64,000 bases of DNA from Victivallales bacterium (GTDB taxonomy: Bacteria > Verrucomicrobiota > Lentisphaeria > Victivallales > UBA1829), in contig JAZNPK010000002.1 in assembly GCA_045589595.1 (NCBI GenBank), forward strand, positions 76,395 through 140,394. Direction: 5' to 3'. This document shows, in pieces, positions 34,096 to 43,640 of this stretch (position 1 is the stretch's first letter; each line of letters starts with the position of its first letter). The notes under the pieces were generated by a model. That model was not told the DNA's origin, did no database searches, and saw only the letters and a list, made by a program, of their open reading frames with translations. The translations under genes and the position numbers were made by a program.

Positions 34096-34944
34096 TCAGC
34101 GGCTTTTTGAAGCATTTGTTTCCTGCCGGGTTTCCAGAATACGGATCTTGTCTTCCTGACTTTTCAACCGGAAACGCAGGGCGCGTATTTCATTTTCTTT
34201 CTGATGCAGACTGTGTCTGGTCCGGTTCAGCTGCCGTTGTGTGAAGAACAGCGTTCCGGCAAGCCCCAGAAAAAGCAGCAGCAGGATCACGGCGGGGATC
34301 AGGCGTTGACGCGTAAAGATCTTTCTGAACTGTTTTTTCAGTTTTGATTGCGCGTGTTCCGTTTGATTGCCGGGGGTACTGGTCTGTTTGAGCCATTCCC
34401 CTTCCGGTGTTTCATCGCTGATGATGGTGGTGAATTTATTGTGATATGCCGCAGGATTGACGGCAAGGAAGAATGTTCTGATCCAGGTATCGGTCTGACA
34501 GGACAGCATCCGCGCTACGGTGGAAAGGGATTTTTCCGTGCTGCCGATGAATTGAAGTCCGTCCAGATCTTCAAAAGATGTGGGCAGCGGGGGCGGTTCC
34601 ATGCCGGGTGAATCGCAGCACGCCAGTTCAAATGCGGTATTGTTCTGCAACGCATCCCGGAGTTTTTCCGGTTGGGCGGTGATCAGTGCCCGGTAAAAGC
34701 GGCAGACTGCTTCCCCGGTTGAAAAAAATGTGCCGGGCACAGAGAACATGATCCTGCCGCAATCCGGCAATGAGAGCAGAACGATCCTGCATTCACCGGC
34801 TCCGGGCATATCCAGAAACGCGCTGGTATCCTGCCGGAGTGAATTTTTCCAGATACACCATTCTGCCACAACGGCAATATCCTGCGGCCCGAATGTTCCG
34901 CTGACGCCGTCTGATGTTTCGTAGCAATAACTGTTGATAATCAT
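34096..34944 (-). CDS. Hypothetical bitopic membrane protein with C-terminal coiled coil
   Basis: Track ORF 34096..35001; ATG MIINSYCYETSDG at 34944. It has a ~215-aa N-terminal domain of unknown family, a basic stretch KLKKQFRKIFTRQR, a TM helix LIPAVILLLLFLGLAGTLFF, and a heptad-like tail (HQKENEIRALRFRLKSQEDKIRILETRQ). It is divergent from the MoxR operon. Confidence 0.6.
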   Translation of the reverse strand: MIINSYCYETSDGVSGTFGPQDIAVVAEWCIWKNSLRQDTSAFLDMPGAGECRIVLLSLPDCGRIMFSVPGTFFSTGEAVCRFYRALITAQPEKLRDALQNNTAFELACCDSPGMEPPPLPTSFEDLDGLQFIGSTEKSLSTVARMLSCQTDTWIRTFFLAVNPAAYHNKFTTIISDETPEGEWLKQTSTPGNQTEHAQSKLKKQFRKIFTRQRLIPAVILLLLFLGLAGTLFFTQRQLNRTRHSLHQKENEIRALRFRLKSQEDKIRILETRQETNASKSR

Positions 34945-35104
34945 TTTTCCGACTTTCTGTAATGATTTTATTAAGATACACCCGTTTGGGAAAAATGGCA
35001 AATCATCACGGGATTTTTCAGTTTTTTTTGCTCTGTTCCTTGCGAAAATGCGGGAGCGGGTCTATACTTTATGCGTAATAAAAATCTTTATGGAGGATAC
35101 AGTT

Positions 35105-36064
35105 ATGACGGAAACAAGCGGAAAAACATCTGCGCTGCAGCAGAAATTTCAGGAAACCGCACGGGCACTTGACCGGGTGATCCGTGGAAAAAACGATGTG
35201 ATCGAACTGCTGCTGACCGCAATGTTGTCCGGCGGACATGTTCTGCTTTCGGATGTGCCGGGCGTGGGAAAAACGACGCTGGCAAAAGCGTTGGCGCGGA
35301 CGGTCAGTGCCGGATTCAAACGGATCCAGTTCACGCCGGATCTGCTGCCTGCGGACATCCTCGGCGGTTCGGTGTTCAATCAGAAAACATCGGATTTTGA
35401 TTTTCTGCCCGGTCCGGTTTTTGCCAATATCATCCTTGCCGATGAGATCAACCGGGCGTCACCGCGGACTCAGTCTGCTCTGCTGGAGGCGATGAACGAG
35501 GGGCAGGTCTCCATTGAAGGCGTCCGGCGCACACTGCCGCAGCCTTTTCTGGTGATCGCCACGGAAAATCCCGTGGAGTATCAGGGAACGTATCCGCTGC
35601 CGGAAGCGCAGCTGGACCGATTCGCCATGCGGCTGGAACCGGGTTATCCGGATGAAGATGCGGAACTTGCCATGCTGGCAGATCGTGAAAACGGAAATAA
35701 TCCATTGCTGGATCTGCCGCAGATCCTGACTCGTGAGGAATTGACAGCCGCCGCCGGAGAAGCCGCCGGTGTGTTTGCCGATGAACGGCTCAAACAGTAC
35801 GCTCTGGAACTTGTCCGTGCCACACGGAACGATCCTGCGATCCGCCTCGGCGCGAGCCCGCGCGCATTGCTCGCATATTTGCGGACCGCGAAAGCGTATG
35901 CATGGCTGAACGGACGGGATCATCTGATACCGGATGATCTCAAAAAACTTGCGATCCCGGTTCTGGCACACCGTATTCTTCTTTCCGGAGCTGCAATAGA
36001 ATCCGGCTCCGGCGTGACTGCTGTACTGACGGAGATCCTTGACCGTACTGCGATCCCTTACTGA
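35105..36064 (+). CDS. MoxR-family AAA+ ATPase
   Basis: Track ORF 34934..36064; ATG MTETSGK at 35105 with a ggagga RBS. Walker A SDVPGVGKTTLAKALA, Walker B ILADEINRASPRTQSALLEAM. Confidence 0.9.
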   Translation: MTETSGKTSALQQKFQETARALDRVIRGKNDVIELLLTAMLSGGHVLLSDVPGVGKTTLAKALARTVSAGFKRIQFTPDLLPADILGGSVFNQKTSDFDFLPGPVFANIILADEINRASPRTQSALLEAMNEGQVSIEGVRRTLPQPFLVIATENPVEYQGTYPLPEAQLDRFAMRLEPGYPDEDAELAMLADRENGNNPLLDLPQILTREELTAAAGEAAGVFADERLKQYALELVRATRNDPAIRLGASPRALLAYLRTAKAYAWLNGRDHLIPDDLKKLAIPVLAHRILLSGAAIESGSGVTAVLTEILDRTAIPY

Positions 36065-36077
36065 GGCGGGGTGACGG

Positions 36078-37331
36078 ATGATCCTGACACGGCTGTACCG
36101 GAAGATCCGAAACGGCTGGGATGCGTTTCTGCGCGGTCCCGGTTGGCTTCATCCTGCCGGGATATGGGAATTGCCGTCCGGAAAACGGTATTCCAGTTCC
36201 ACTGTGGCGCTCTGCCGGTGGATCGCCGGATCATTCAACCGGATCGTTCTGCCCGCGGCGCGTCCTGTACTGCCGCTGTGTCTTTTTGCGGGGATCACTG
36301 CTTCTGTCTTCCTCCACGAACCGGTACTTGAAGCTGTATTCTTCATGATGGCTGCCGGTGCTGTGGACTTGCTGGGCGGTCTGATCTTTTTTCCCCGCAT
36401 TCAGGCTGAACGGCGTCTGCCCCGCCGGGTGATGTGCGGCAGAACATTCACTGCTGAATATACGCTGACGAACAAACGGAAACTTCCGGCATTTTCCATT
36501 GTGCCGGATGCGTGGCTGCCGAACCGGAACATTGTCCGGCAGGAAGATGTTGTTTGCGATCTGCCCGGAGAGAAAGGTGCGTGTGTTCACCTCCGGATCC
36601 CTTACAAAGTCCGGCGGCGGGGAATATATACGATCCCCCATCCGGTCTGGGAAACGGGATTTCCCTTTCAGATCTTCAAATGTTCCGGCTCCTACGGTAC
36701 GGCGGAGTGTCTGACCGTTCATCCGGCGTATCATCTGCTGAAATTGCCCCGTGAGTCTGTCCGGGCGGACCGGACCGGTGACCGGGAGTTCCGTGCCTGC
36801 CGGGAGTACCGTCAGGGGGATGCCCGGAACAGTATTCACTGGCGTATGACTGCGCGGCATGGAAAATTGATCGTCCGGGAATTTGAAAGTCAGGATGCTC
36901 CGGCTTTCCCGGATGCGTCAGTGATCCTGGATACAACTGCGTATCCGGTCCCCGTTCTGCCGCGGCTGAAACAGATCCTGACCGGTGATCTTCTGGCGAA
37001 GCCGGCGGATCAGTTTGAAAAAGCGGTATCGACCTGCGCGTCTCTGATCCATACGCTGTTTGCAAACGGGGCGGGGCAGGTGGAACTGATCCTGACCGGA
37101 CAGGGACGGTGTTATGGCGATGAGGCTGTTCTGCTGGACTGTCTTGCCGGATTGAAGAAAGATCCCCGCCGGAAAAAAGAGAATTGCTGTTTCGATCACA
37201 TCCAACCCCGTACCGATGCAGTGTTCCCCGTTCTGCAGCAGAAAACTGCCGCCACAGATGCCCTGATCGGCAGACTGAACAAGCGCGTCCGTTATGTGCT
37301 GATTGCGGGTCAGGAGGAGGTGGTCCGGTGA
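36078..37331 (+). CDS. DUF58-domain protein (MoxR partner)
   Basis: 417 aa. N-terminal TM helices. Diagnostic segment FRACREYRQGDARNSIHWRMTARHGKLIVREFE. Confidence 0.85.
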   Translation: MILTRLYRKIRNGWDAFLRGPGWLHPAGIWELPSGKRYSSSTVALCRWIAGSFNRIVLPAARPVLPLCLFAGITASVFLHEPVLEAVFFMMAAGAVDLLGGLIFFPRIQAERRLPRRVMCGRTFTAEYTLTNKRKLPAFSIVPDAWLPNRNIVRQEDVVCDLPGEKGACVHLRIPYKVRRRGIYTIPHPVWETGFPFQIFKCSGSYGTAECLTVHPAYHLLKLPRESVRADRTGDREFRACREYRQGDARNSIHWRMTARHGKLIVREFESQDAPAFPDASVILDTTAYPVPVLPRLKQILTGDLLAKPADQFEKAVSTCASLIHTLFANGAGQVELILTGQGRCYGDEAVLLDCLAGLKKDPRRKKENCCFDHIQPRTDAVFPVLQQKTAATDALIGRLNKRVRYVLIAGQEEVVR

Positions 37332-37339
37332 TTACACAG

Positions 37340-39340
37340 ATGACACCACTTATGCTGTTGGCAAGACTTTTTGCCGTTTTGCCGGGCGCAATTCTGTTCG
37401 GTATCAAATTCGATCAGCCGCATGTGCTGATCATTGCTGTTGCACTGTTGATCTTTGCCCGTTTCCTGCCGGAACGGCCGTTCCTTCATTTCGTCGTCTG
37501 TGCCGCATTGTTGTTTGTGCCGGATCTGTTTGTCGGGCTGGAGCCGGGGCGTTTCACGCTCGGCGATTCCATGTTCCGGGTGCATTATACGATCCCCGCG
37601 CTGCTGTATGCGGCGGCATCGGCGCTGTCCTTCCGGACCACGTTCCGCACGGTCATGACGGGGTGTACCTGTTCTGTTTTTGCCCTGCTGCTTCAGCCGG
37701 AAGTCGTGGCAAATCCCGCCATTGTGAATATGGTGATGCCTTTCAGCGGTCTGCTGGAAAAATATAACATTCTGTACCGGATCATGATCTTTCTGAACGG
37801 GATCGGAAATCTGCTCCTGCTGGCGGAATCCACCCGTTTGAGCAGACTGGTCTCCGGTGGAAGCAGCACAGCACGGTATCGGCATTTTCTGACAGCGGGC
37901 TTGTTTCTGCTGATCCCGGTCGCGGCATTGACATTCCGGGAGATCTACCGGGAAAATGCTCATCTGCTGCGCCGTCTGGAAGGGGAGATCCTCGCGCGCC
38001 GCGCACGCAACCGCGCGATGCGTCAGTATCGGCAGGGACACGAAAGTGATATCAACCGTCCCTACCGGAGCAATCCGGATTTTGAACAGCGTATGCTGTA
38101 TTATCTGCGTCCGGATCAGCCGGGCGGATGGCTGCCGGAGCGTCTGCGAGTCCGGTCTTTTCAGTTCTACCGCAAAGGCGTATGGCGCAATCCGCCGGAA
38201 CGCGATACGCTTGATCTGGATATGATGGCGCAGACGGATACCGCGCTGACAACGCACATTTTTCTTATGCCGGATATGGGCGTACCTGACGCACAGAAGG
38301 ACCGGAAATTCACCCTTTATCCGCTGATGAAACAGTTGTCCGGGCTGCTGCCTCTGTGCGGGGAGACCCGGACCATTGAGATGATCGCATCTTCCGCTCA
38401 AATGGCGCAGGATGGAACCGTTTCACCCTATAACTGGAATCAGGACGGCGGGATCACGCTGACCGTGCGGGGGCAGGATGACGCCATGCAGCGTCCGGCT
38501 GGAACACCGCCGCAGATCTGCACTCATGTGCCGGAACGGCTCCGCCTCCAGTTGGGCGCCTATCTGGAATATCTCAAACTTTCCGGGACGGATCGCGAAA
38601 AAGCCATGAAGATCGTGCAGTATCTTCAGAAGAATTTCCGGTACAGCACGGAGCCGCCGGAAAAACTGCCGCGCTGGGCTCCGCGGGATCCGGTTCTGCG
38701 TTTTCTGACTGTGACCCGGCGGGGACATTGTGAAGTGTTTGCGTCTGCCGCAGTTCTGCTGGCGCGTCAGGCAGGATTGCCGGCGCGGTATGTTACCGGA
38801 TATCTTGTCAGACCGGAACGGAAACTGAACGATGATACCCTGTTTATTACCGGAGCGGATTCCCACGCGTGGACGGAGATCTATCTGCCCGATGAACAGC
38901 GCTGGATCGCAGTCGATGCCACGCCCGCAGACGCGATCGGCATACAGAATATCTCCGTCGGCTGGATGCAGAAAATGCGTTTCCTGTTTGTGGATTGGCT
39001 GCTTGCTGTGCGCCGCGGCTATCCGCTGCGATTCCTTGCCGTGATCTATGACGCCGCCGCAGAACTGCCGCTGTGGATCTGGCTGTTCCTGCCGGTATCC
39101 GGTGCCGCGATCGTGTGGCTGATCCGGAAAAAACACAGGCGCGGACCGGGGAAACGCAAACGCACGGTGGAGATGCGCCGTCTGGAAAAGATCTTCCGCC
39201 GTCTGGAACGGCAGCACAACATCCGCCGGAAATCTTCCATGACTCTCCGGGAATGGGCGGAACTGCTGCCGCCGACCGATGGTTTGCCGGAACAGATCCG
39301 CCGTTACGAAGAACTGCTGTTCGGCAGAAAAGACGGCTGA
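37340..39340 (+). CDS. Transglutaminase-like membrane protein (TgpA/DUF3488-type)
   Basis: Track ORF 37184..39340; start MTPLMLLARLF at 37340 (or the GTG at 37328, which overlaps the DUF58 stop). Multi-TM N-terminus. Cys-His-Asp core RRGHCEVFASAAVLLARQAGLPARYVTGY, DSHAWTEIYL, WIAVDAT. Confidence 0.85.
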   Translation: MTPLMLLARLFAVLPGAILFGIKFDQPHVLIIAVALLIFARFLPERPFLHFVVCAALLFVPDLFVGLEPGRFTLGDSMFRVHYTIPALLYAAASALSFRTTFRTVMTGCTCSVFALLLQPEVVANPAIVNMVMPFSGLLEKYNILYRIMIFLNGIGNLLLLAESTRLSRLVSGGSSTARYRHFLTAGLFLLIPVAALTFREIYRENAHLLRRLEGEILARRARNRAMRQYRQGHESDINRPYRSNPDFEQRMLYYLRPDQPGGWLPERLRVRSFQFYRKGVWRNPPERDTLDLDMMAQTDTALTTHIFLMPDMGVPDAQKDRKFTLYPLMKQLSGLLPLCGETRTIEMIASSAQMAQDGTVSPYNWNQDGGITLTVRGQDDAMQRPAGTPPQICTHVPERLRLQLGAYLEYLKLSGTDREKAMKIVQYLQKNFRYSTEPPEKLPRWAPRDPVLRFLTVTRRGHCEVFASAAVLLARQAGLPARYVTGYLVRPERKLNDDTLFITGADSHAWTEIYLPDEQRWIAVDATPADAIGIQNISVGWMQKMRFLFVDWLLAVRRGYPLRFLAVIYDAAAELPLWIWLFLPVSGAAIVWLIRKKHRRGPGKRKRTVEMRRLEKIFRRLERQHNIRRKSSMTLREWAELLPPTDGLPEQIRRYEELLFGRKDG

Positions 39341-39344
39341 ATTT

Positions 39345-41675
39345 TTACTTCGGTTTTGCAGTTTTCAGGGCGTCTGTAACTTTCCGGACGGCGTCCAGAC
39401 GGACAGTCACTTCATCCAGATTCAACAGCAGATACCCCAGTTTTGTGGGCTTTTCAGATTTTTTGATCCCGCCGTTGGCAAGGTCAGGTTCGTAGTACAC
39501 GGGTTTTCCGGGCGAACCGTTGAAGGACAGTGTCAGCTGCAGCGGCGCACCTGCTTTGGAATCGAGGGTGATCCGGACCCACCGGTAAAACATATCCTGG
39601 ATCATATCGCACGCAAAACGGAGCCGGTCATTGATCTTGTCGCCCCCGGTCACGGAATCGGTCAGGATCCCTTTCAGAACGCCGTTTCCGGCACCGGGCA
39701 TGGAGTAGAGTTCACCGCCGGTGACAGCGACACCGTCCGGCGTGATGCTGAAGGGCAGTTTACCGGAGATCTTTCCCTGTCCGGCAAACTTGCCGAGACC
39801 GAGTGCTGTCAGGACTGCCGCCAGATCTGCCTGATCGCAGTTCAGTACATAACTGTTGCTGTTCAATGCCGGGGCAACGGTGAATTTTCCGCCGCACCAG
39901 TCGAATACCGCCTGTTCGATCACGAAGGCTGAACTGTTGTCCAGATGATATTTCCCCTGTCCGTTGCGGATTTCAATGTCTCCGGCTTTCAGTGAGGCGA
40001 AACGGAACGATTGTCCCGGTGCGCTCTGTTTTGACGGATAGGCAGGTCGGATCAGGTCCAGTGTCAGTCCTTTGATCTCAGCCTCTGCCCGGGGCAGGGT
40101 GCAGATCCCATCCGCCAGACGGAATCGCAATCCGTCCGCCGGAGACCATTGAACAGTGACCTTCCCATCCAGTGTTCCGTCCCGCAGCGGGGAGCCGGAC
40201 GGCAGAAAGAAATGAAGCAGTTCCTTCCCGCCCTGTTTCAATTTCTGTTCCGGGAAATCCAGCGTGCAGCTGACCGCATTGCTGCCGGTCAGAGGCAGAC
40301 GGGACTGTACCGTTCCGGAGAGACCGGAGAGATCAGCCTTTCCGGTAAGCGAGATGACATCGTCTTTGAACTGGACGGAGCCGGAGAGCTTTCCTGCATA
40401 AAGTCCTGCAACCGAAACAGATGACGCCTGGAACGAACCTTTTGCCGCGTCCTTGCCGGAAGTGAATTTTATCCCGGTGATCTCCACCGGAACGGGCGCG
40501 GATATTTCACATTTTCCATTGTCGAACGCAATACTGCGGATGGCGTCCGGTCCCGGCACAGAACGGTGAAGTCCGTCAGCCGTAATGGTACATTCCGGGA
40601 TCGTGAAGAGGCTGTTTCCGATCCGGTACTGAAGATTTTTCAATGTGATGCCGGTGCTGTATTTCTGTCCGGCGGTATGCCTGATTTTGTACACTGTTTC
40701 TGCGGCTTTCAAGTCGCGCGTCTGCACATTTTTTGCCGTGACAACAAGTTCCTGCAGGATCAGTTCCTTCCGGGGCAGTTCCGGCAGAAGGATCGTCCGG
40801 AGGGCGGGGATGACATCTTTCCCGAAAACATACCGGGTCCGGTGGGGCGTCAGAATGATCATCCCGCTCCGGTCCAGTTCAAAACGGTTGCCGTTGATAC
40901 TGCCGGAAAGTTTTCCGGTGGCACCGTTGTAATGCGCGGAGCCGTGATTGACGGTGTCGAGCCCGGGCGCGCCGGAAAGTTCGGAAATATCCTGAAAATC
41001 GAAGTCGGCTTCGCGGATCATATCGGGCATGACCTGTTTTGTTGTATCCAGCACCAGTTTGCGGAAGCGGAAAGACCACGGCAGCCCGGTGAACGGTGTT
41101 GCGGCGCGGCATCCGGTGAGCGTCAGCAGTCCGGTCGCGGTATCGAATTGCAGATCAGTTTCAATGGTCCGGGCATTGTCGGCGTACACGGCTCTGCCGC
41201 GGATCTGTTTGTTTTGTGCGGTGAATGTGCCGTTCAGATTGCCGGACAGAAAGCCGCCGGAAAAACTGACTTCCAGCGGCATTTCAGCGGAGGCGGTCCG
41301 GAGAAACTTCGCCATTTCCGGCAGCATTTCTTCTGTGATGTTTCCGGAAACTGTGAGTTTGCGGCATTTTGTTCCGGGATCGATGACCCGGCTGAGTTGT
41401 ACGGAAAGATTCTTATCCGTCCGGCAGTACACCGTATTTTCCGTGACGCCGCTGATGGTCAGCTTTGTTCCGAGTTTCCGGTTGATATCTGCCGTAAGTT
41501 CTTCCACATTCCGCTGCTCCATTGCATCGGGGATCAGGGCGAAAGCGAGACCGGCACATGCGATCACTGCCGCCAGAAGGGGCAGGACCGTTCTGAAAAA
41601 GATCTGTTTGCCGGATGACACGGCGGAACCGTCCGGCGTCTGCGGAATTTCTTCTTTTCTGTTCTTTTTGCTCAT
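39345..41675 (-). CDS. Large N-terminally anchored YdbH/AsmA-like protein (putative intermembrane lipid-transport family)
   Basis: 776 aa. N-terminal TM helix FFRTVLPLLAAVIACAGLAFALI, then a long beta-rich body. The C-terminal ~200 aa (DWCGGKFTV..., GKISGKLPFSITPDGVAVTGGELYSMPGAGNGVLKG..., YRWVRITLDS...LTLSFNG) resembles the YdbH C-terminal domain as I remember it. Not search-verified. Confidence 0.6.
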   Translation of the reverse strand: MSKKNRKEEIPQTPDGSAVSSGKQIFFRTVLPLLAAVIACAGLAFALIPDAMEQRNVEELTADINRKLGTKLTISGVTENTVYCRTDKNLSVQLSRVIDPGTKCRKLTVSGNITEEMLPEMAKFLRTASAEMPLEVSFSGGFLSGNLNGTFTAQNKQIRGRAVYADNARTIETDLQFDTATGLLTLTGCRAATPFTGLPWSFRFRKLVLDTTKQVMPDMIREADFDFQDISELSGAPGLDTVNHGSAHYNGATGKLSGSINGNRFELDRSGMIILTPHRTRYVFGKDVIPALRTILLPELPRKELILQELVVTAKNVQTRDLKAAETVYKIRHTAGQKYSTGITLKNLQYRIGNSLFTIPECTITADGLHRSVPGPDAIRSIAFDNGKCEISAPVPVEITGIKFTSGKDAAKGSFQASSVSVAGLYAGKLSGSVQFKDDVISLTGKADLSGLSGTVQSRLPLTGSNAVSCTLDFPEQKLKQGGKELLHFFLPSGSPLRDGTLDGKVTVQWSPADGLRFRLADGICTLPRAEAEIKGLTLDLIRPAYPSKQSAPGQSFRFASLKAGDIEIRNGQGKYHLDNSSAFVIEQAVFDWCGGKFTVAPALNSNSYVLNCDQADLAAVLTALGLGKFAGQGKISGKLPFSITPDGVAVTGGELYSMPGAGNGVLKGILTDSVTGGDKINDRLRFACDMIQDMFYRWVRITLDSKAGAPLQLTLSFNGSPGKPVYYEPDLANGGIKKSEKPTKLGYLLLNLDEVTVRLDAVRKVTDALKTAKPK

Positions 41676-42550
41676 TGAATGACCTTTCTGGAGCCATCGG
41701 GCGAAAACTCGACCGTTGTAACAGGTTCGCCCCGATAGTAAAGGGTTCCGTTTTCATCGTCGAAGGCGTAAAAACCTGCGGCGAAATCATCGATCACCGG
41801 CGGAAAAACGATCCAGTCTCCGTTTTTTTTCAGTTTATGCTGATATGTTGATGCAACTGTATTGAGACCGTCGCCTTTGTATTCGCTCCGGGGTTTTCCC
41901 TGTCGGTTTGCTTTACAGACTGCCACGGTCTGCTCCAATGTTTCATCCCAGACGACCGGCATGGGGGCGGATACGCCGAGCAGGGCGCCGGAATCCATTT
42001 CTTTTGCACCGGCTGAGACCGGCTGGACCACGATCACGCTGCTGCGGAGACTGGGCAGATGCCGGAGCAGTGCTTCTTCCACGGGGATGGTGTGGAGTCC
42101 GACCAGAACGCGTTTGCCGTTTTCAGTCGTGGTCAGGTCTCCGGGGTGGACATTCAGACAGGGGAAATCTTCCACGATATTGCACAGCGGGACGAACCCG
42201 GCGAATATTGCAAAATCGATTTTGAAGGGGGCAAGCTGTTTTCGCAGTTCATCGGTCCAGAGTTTCCGGACAGCCAGTCCCTGTTCCGAGCGCATGGATG
42301 TGGTTTTCAAGCCGTGCGCATGATAAAATTCCCGGATGTCCAGCAGAATCAGGGGAAGACCGTACTCTTCTGCCAGACGGGGCGCGGCAGAATCGTTCCG
42401 GTCCGTTACGATAACGGCAGGCGTCCATGCCGGAGCCGTCTTCTGCCGGTGAAGTGCCAGTATGTGAGCGGCATTGCTGCCGGTCCCGCTGAGAAAAATC
42501 GCGGTCCGGAAGGGCAAAGCATCATTTTTTTTCAGAAAATTCCGTAACAT
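41672..42550 (-). CDS. Formyltransferase-family protein (PurN-like core with ~80-aa C-terminal extension)
   Basis: 292 aa. AIFLSGTGSNAAHIL, CLNVHPGDL. The stop overlaps the start of 39345..41675 as ATGA. Confidence 0.7.
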   Translation of the reverse strand: MLRNFLKKNDALPFRTAIFLSGTGSNAAHILALHRQKTAPAWTPAVIVTDRNDSAAPRLAEEYGLPLILLDIREFYHAHGLKTTSMRSEQGLAVRKLWTDELRKQLAPFKIDFAIFAGFVPLCNIVEDFPCLNVHPGDLTTTENGKRVLVGLHTIPVEEALLRHLPSLRSSVIVVQPVSAGAKEMDSGALLGVSAPMPVVWDETLEQTVAVCKANRQGKPRSEYKGDGLNTVASTYQHKLKKNGDWIVFPPVIDDFAAGFYAFDDENGTLYYRGEPVTTVEFSPDGSRKVIQ

Positions 42551-42670
42551 CTTTCATCTTTCATTTGAAATTTTCAAGTTTCGTTATAAAATATATAGTG
42601 TTTTCCATTTGGCAAGCGCAAAAACGAAAAAAAACGGATTTTTGAAATAAAAACACAGGAGAAACATCGT

Positions 42671-43630
42671 ATGAAGTACGCAAAAACCATCCTTATCGCA
42701 ACATTTGCCGCAGGCGCGGTCTTCACCGTATCCGCCCAGAAAAAACTCGCTCCCGTCCTCGATGACGGTGGAAAAACTGCTGACGTGAAAGCGGTTGCCG
42801 TTGAACCGGTCAAGGCTGACGTCAAGAAAGTTGAAGCGAAGAAGGCTGACGTGAAAGCCGCCGCAAAGAAAGTGGAAGCGAAGAAGGCAGACGTGAAAGC
42901 CGCCGCAAAGAAAGTGGAAGAGAAGAAGGCTGACGCGAAAGCCGCCGCAAAGAAAGTGGAAGCGAAGAAGGCTGAAGTGAAAGAAGCCAAGCCCGTTCCC
43001 CCGCCGGTCCCCGTTGTTGCAGAAGAAGGTAAGATCGTTGTGGAAACGGCTGCCCCCGTTGCCGCCGCTGCTGATGCTGAAAAAGAAACCAAGCCGGTCG
43101 TTTACAAGACCAGCAAACTGATCCGTCGCGTGATCGTCACTGCCAATTCGGATATTTCCAATGCGCTTGTGGAGTCTCTCCGCAAAGATATGAAGATCCC
43201 CTACATCATGATCATCGACGGCAAAGATCAGCCGGATGCCGCCACCCGCGTTGCATTCTTCCCCCCGCGTGCGGAAGAACCCCTGATGCTCACCGCGAAA
43301 GATCTTTCCAAACTTCTGGCATATCTGCGTCCGGAAGATGTGATCTTTCTGGGCAGTGCCGATCTGCTGCCGGACTTCTATACCAAGGCAGTGACCGGCA
43401 GGACCCGCGTTCTCCGCGTCAATGACAGCGACTGGACCAAGAATGCGTACAAGCTCTCCCACATTCTGAATTCTGCCAAACCTGCAAAGGCTTATCAGGA
43501 TCACATTGCCCGCCGCAAAGCGGAACAGGAAAAACGTCAGGCGGCTTATGATGCCGCGGTGAAAGCTGCGCAGGATGCCGATGCAAAGGCGCGGCAGCTG
43601 GAAGGCGAACTCATCAAATCCGTAAAGTGA
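42671..43630 (+). CDS. Secreted Lys/Ala-repeat protein with C-terminal globular domain (unknown family)
   Basis: 319 aa; RBS aggaga. Signal peptide MKYAKTILIATFAAGAVFTVSAQ. About 4 repeats of VEAKKADVKAAAKK, a Pro-rich hinge PVPPPVPVV, a ~190-aa domain, and a KA/Q-rich helical tail. Confidence 0.8.
   Translation: MKYAKTILIATFAAGAVFTVSAQKKLAPVLDDGGKTADVKAVAVEPVKADVKKVEAKKADVKAAAKKVEAKKADVKAAAKKVEEKKADAKAAAKKVEAKKAEVKEAKPVPPPVPVVAEEGKIVVETAAPVAAAADAEKETKPVVYKTSKLIRRVIVTANSDISNALVESLRKDMKIPYIMIIDGKDQPDAATRVAFFPPRAEEPLMLTAKDLSKLLAYLRPEDVIFLGSADLLPDFYTKAVTGRTRVLRVNDSDWTKNAYKLSHILNSAKPAKAYQDHIARRKAEQEKRQAAYDAAVKAAQDADAKARQLEGELIKSVK
42830..42988 (+). repeat. In-frame 42-bp tandem repeat, ~3.8 copies (encodes VEAKKADVKAAAKK)
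   Basis: Units start at 42830, 42872, 42914 and 42956: gtKgaagMgaagaaggcWgacgYgaaagccgccgcaaagaaa. More degenerate copies lie upstream (42779-42829). Confidence 0.9.
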
Positions 43631-43640
43631 TGTTATTGCC

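Noticed and set aside
42779-42988. The 42-bp repeat array considered as a possible CRISPR or other non-coding array; also the antisense ORF 42574..43092 with repeating FFAAAF motifs.
   Set aside because: The repeats are contiguous with no spacers. They are in frame within a gene that has a signal peptide and an RBS, and they encode a coherent VEAKKADVKAAAKK repeat. The antisense ORF is just the complement of that low-complexity array.
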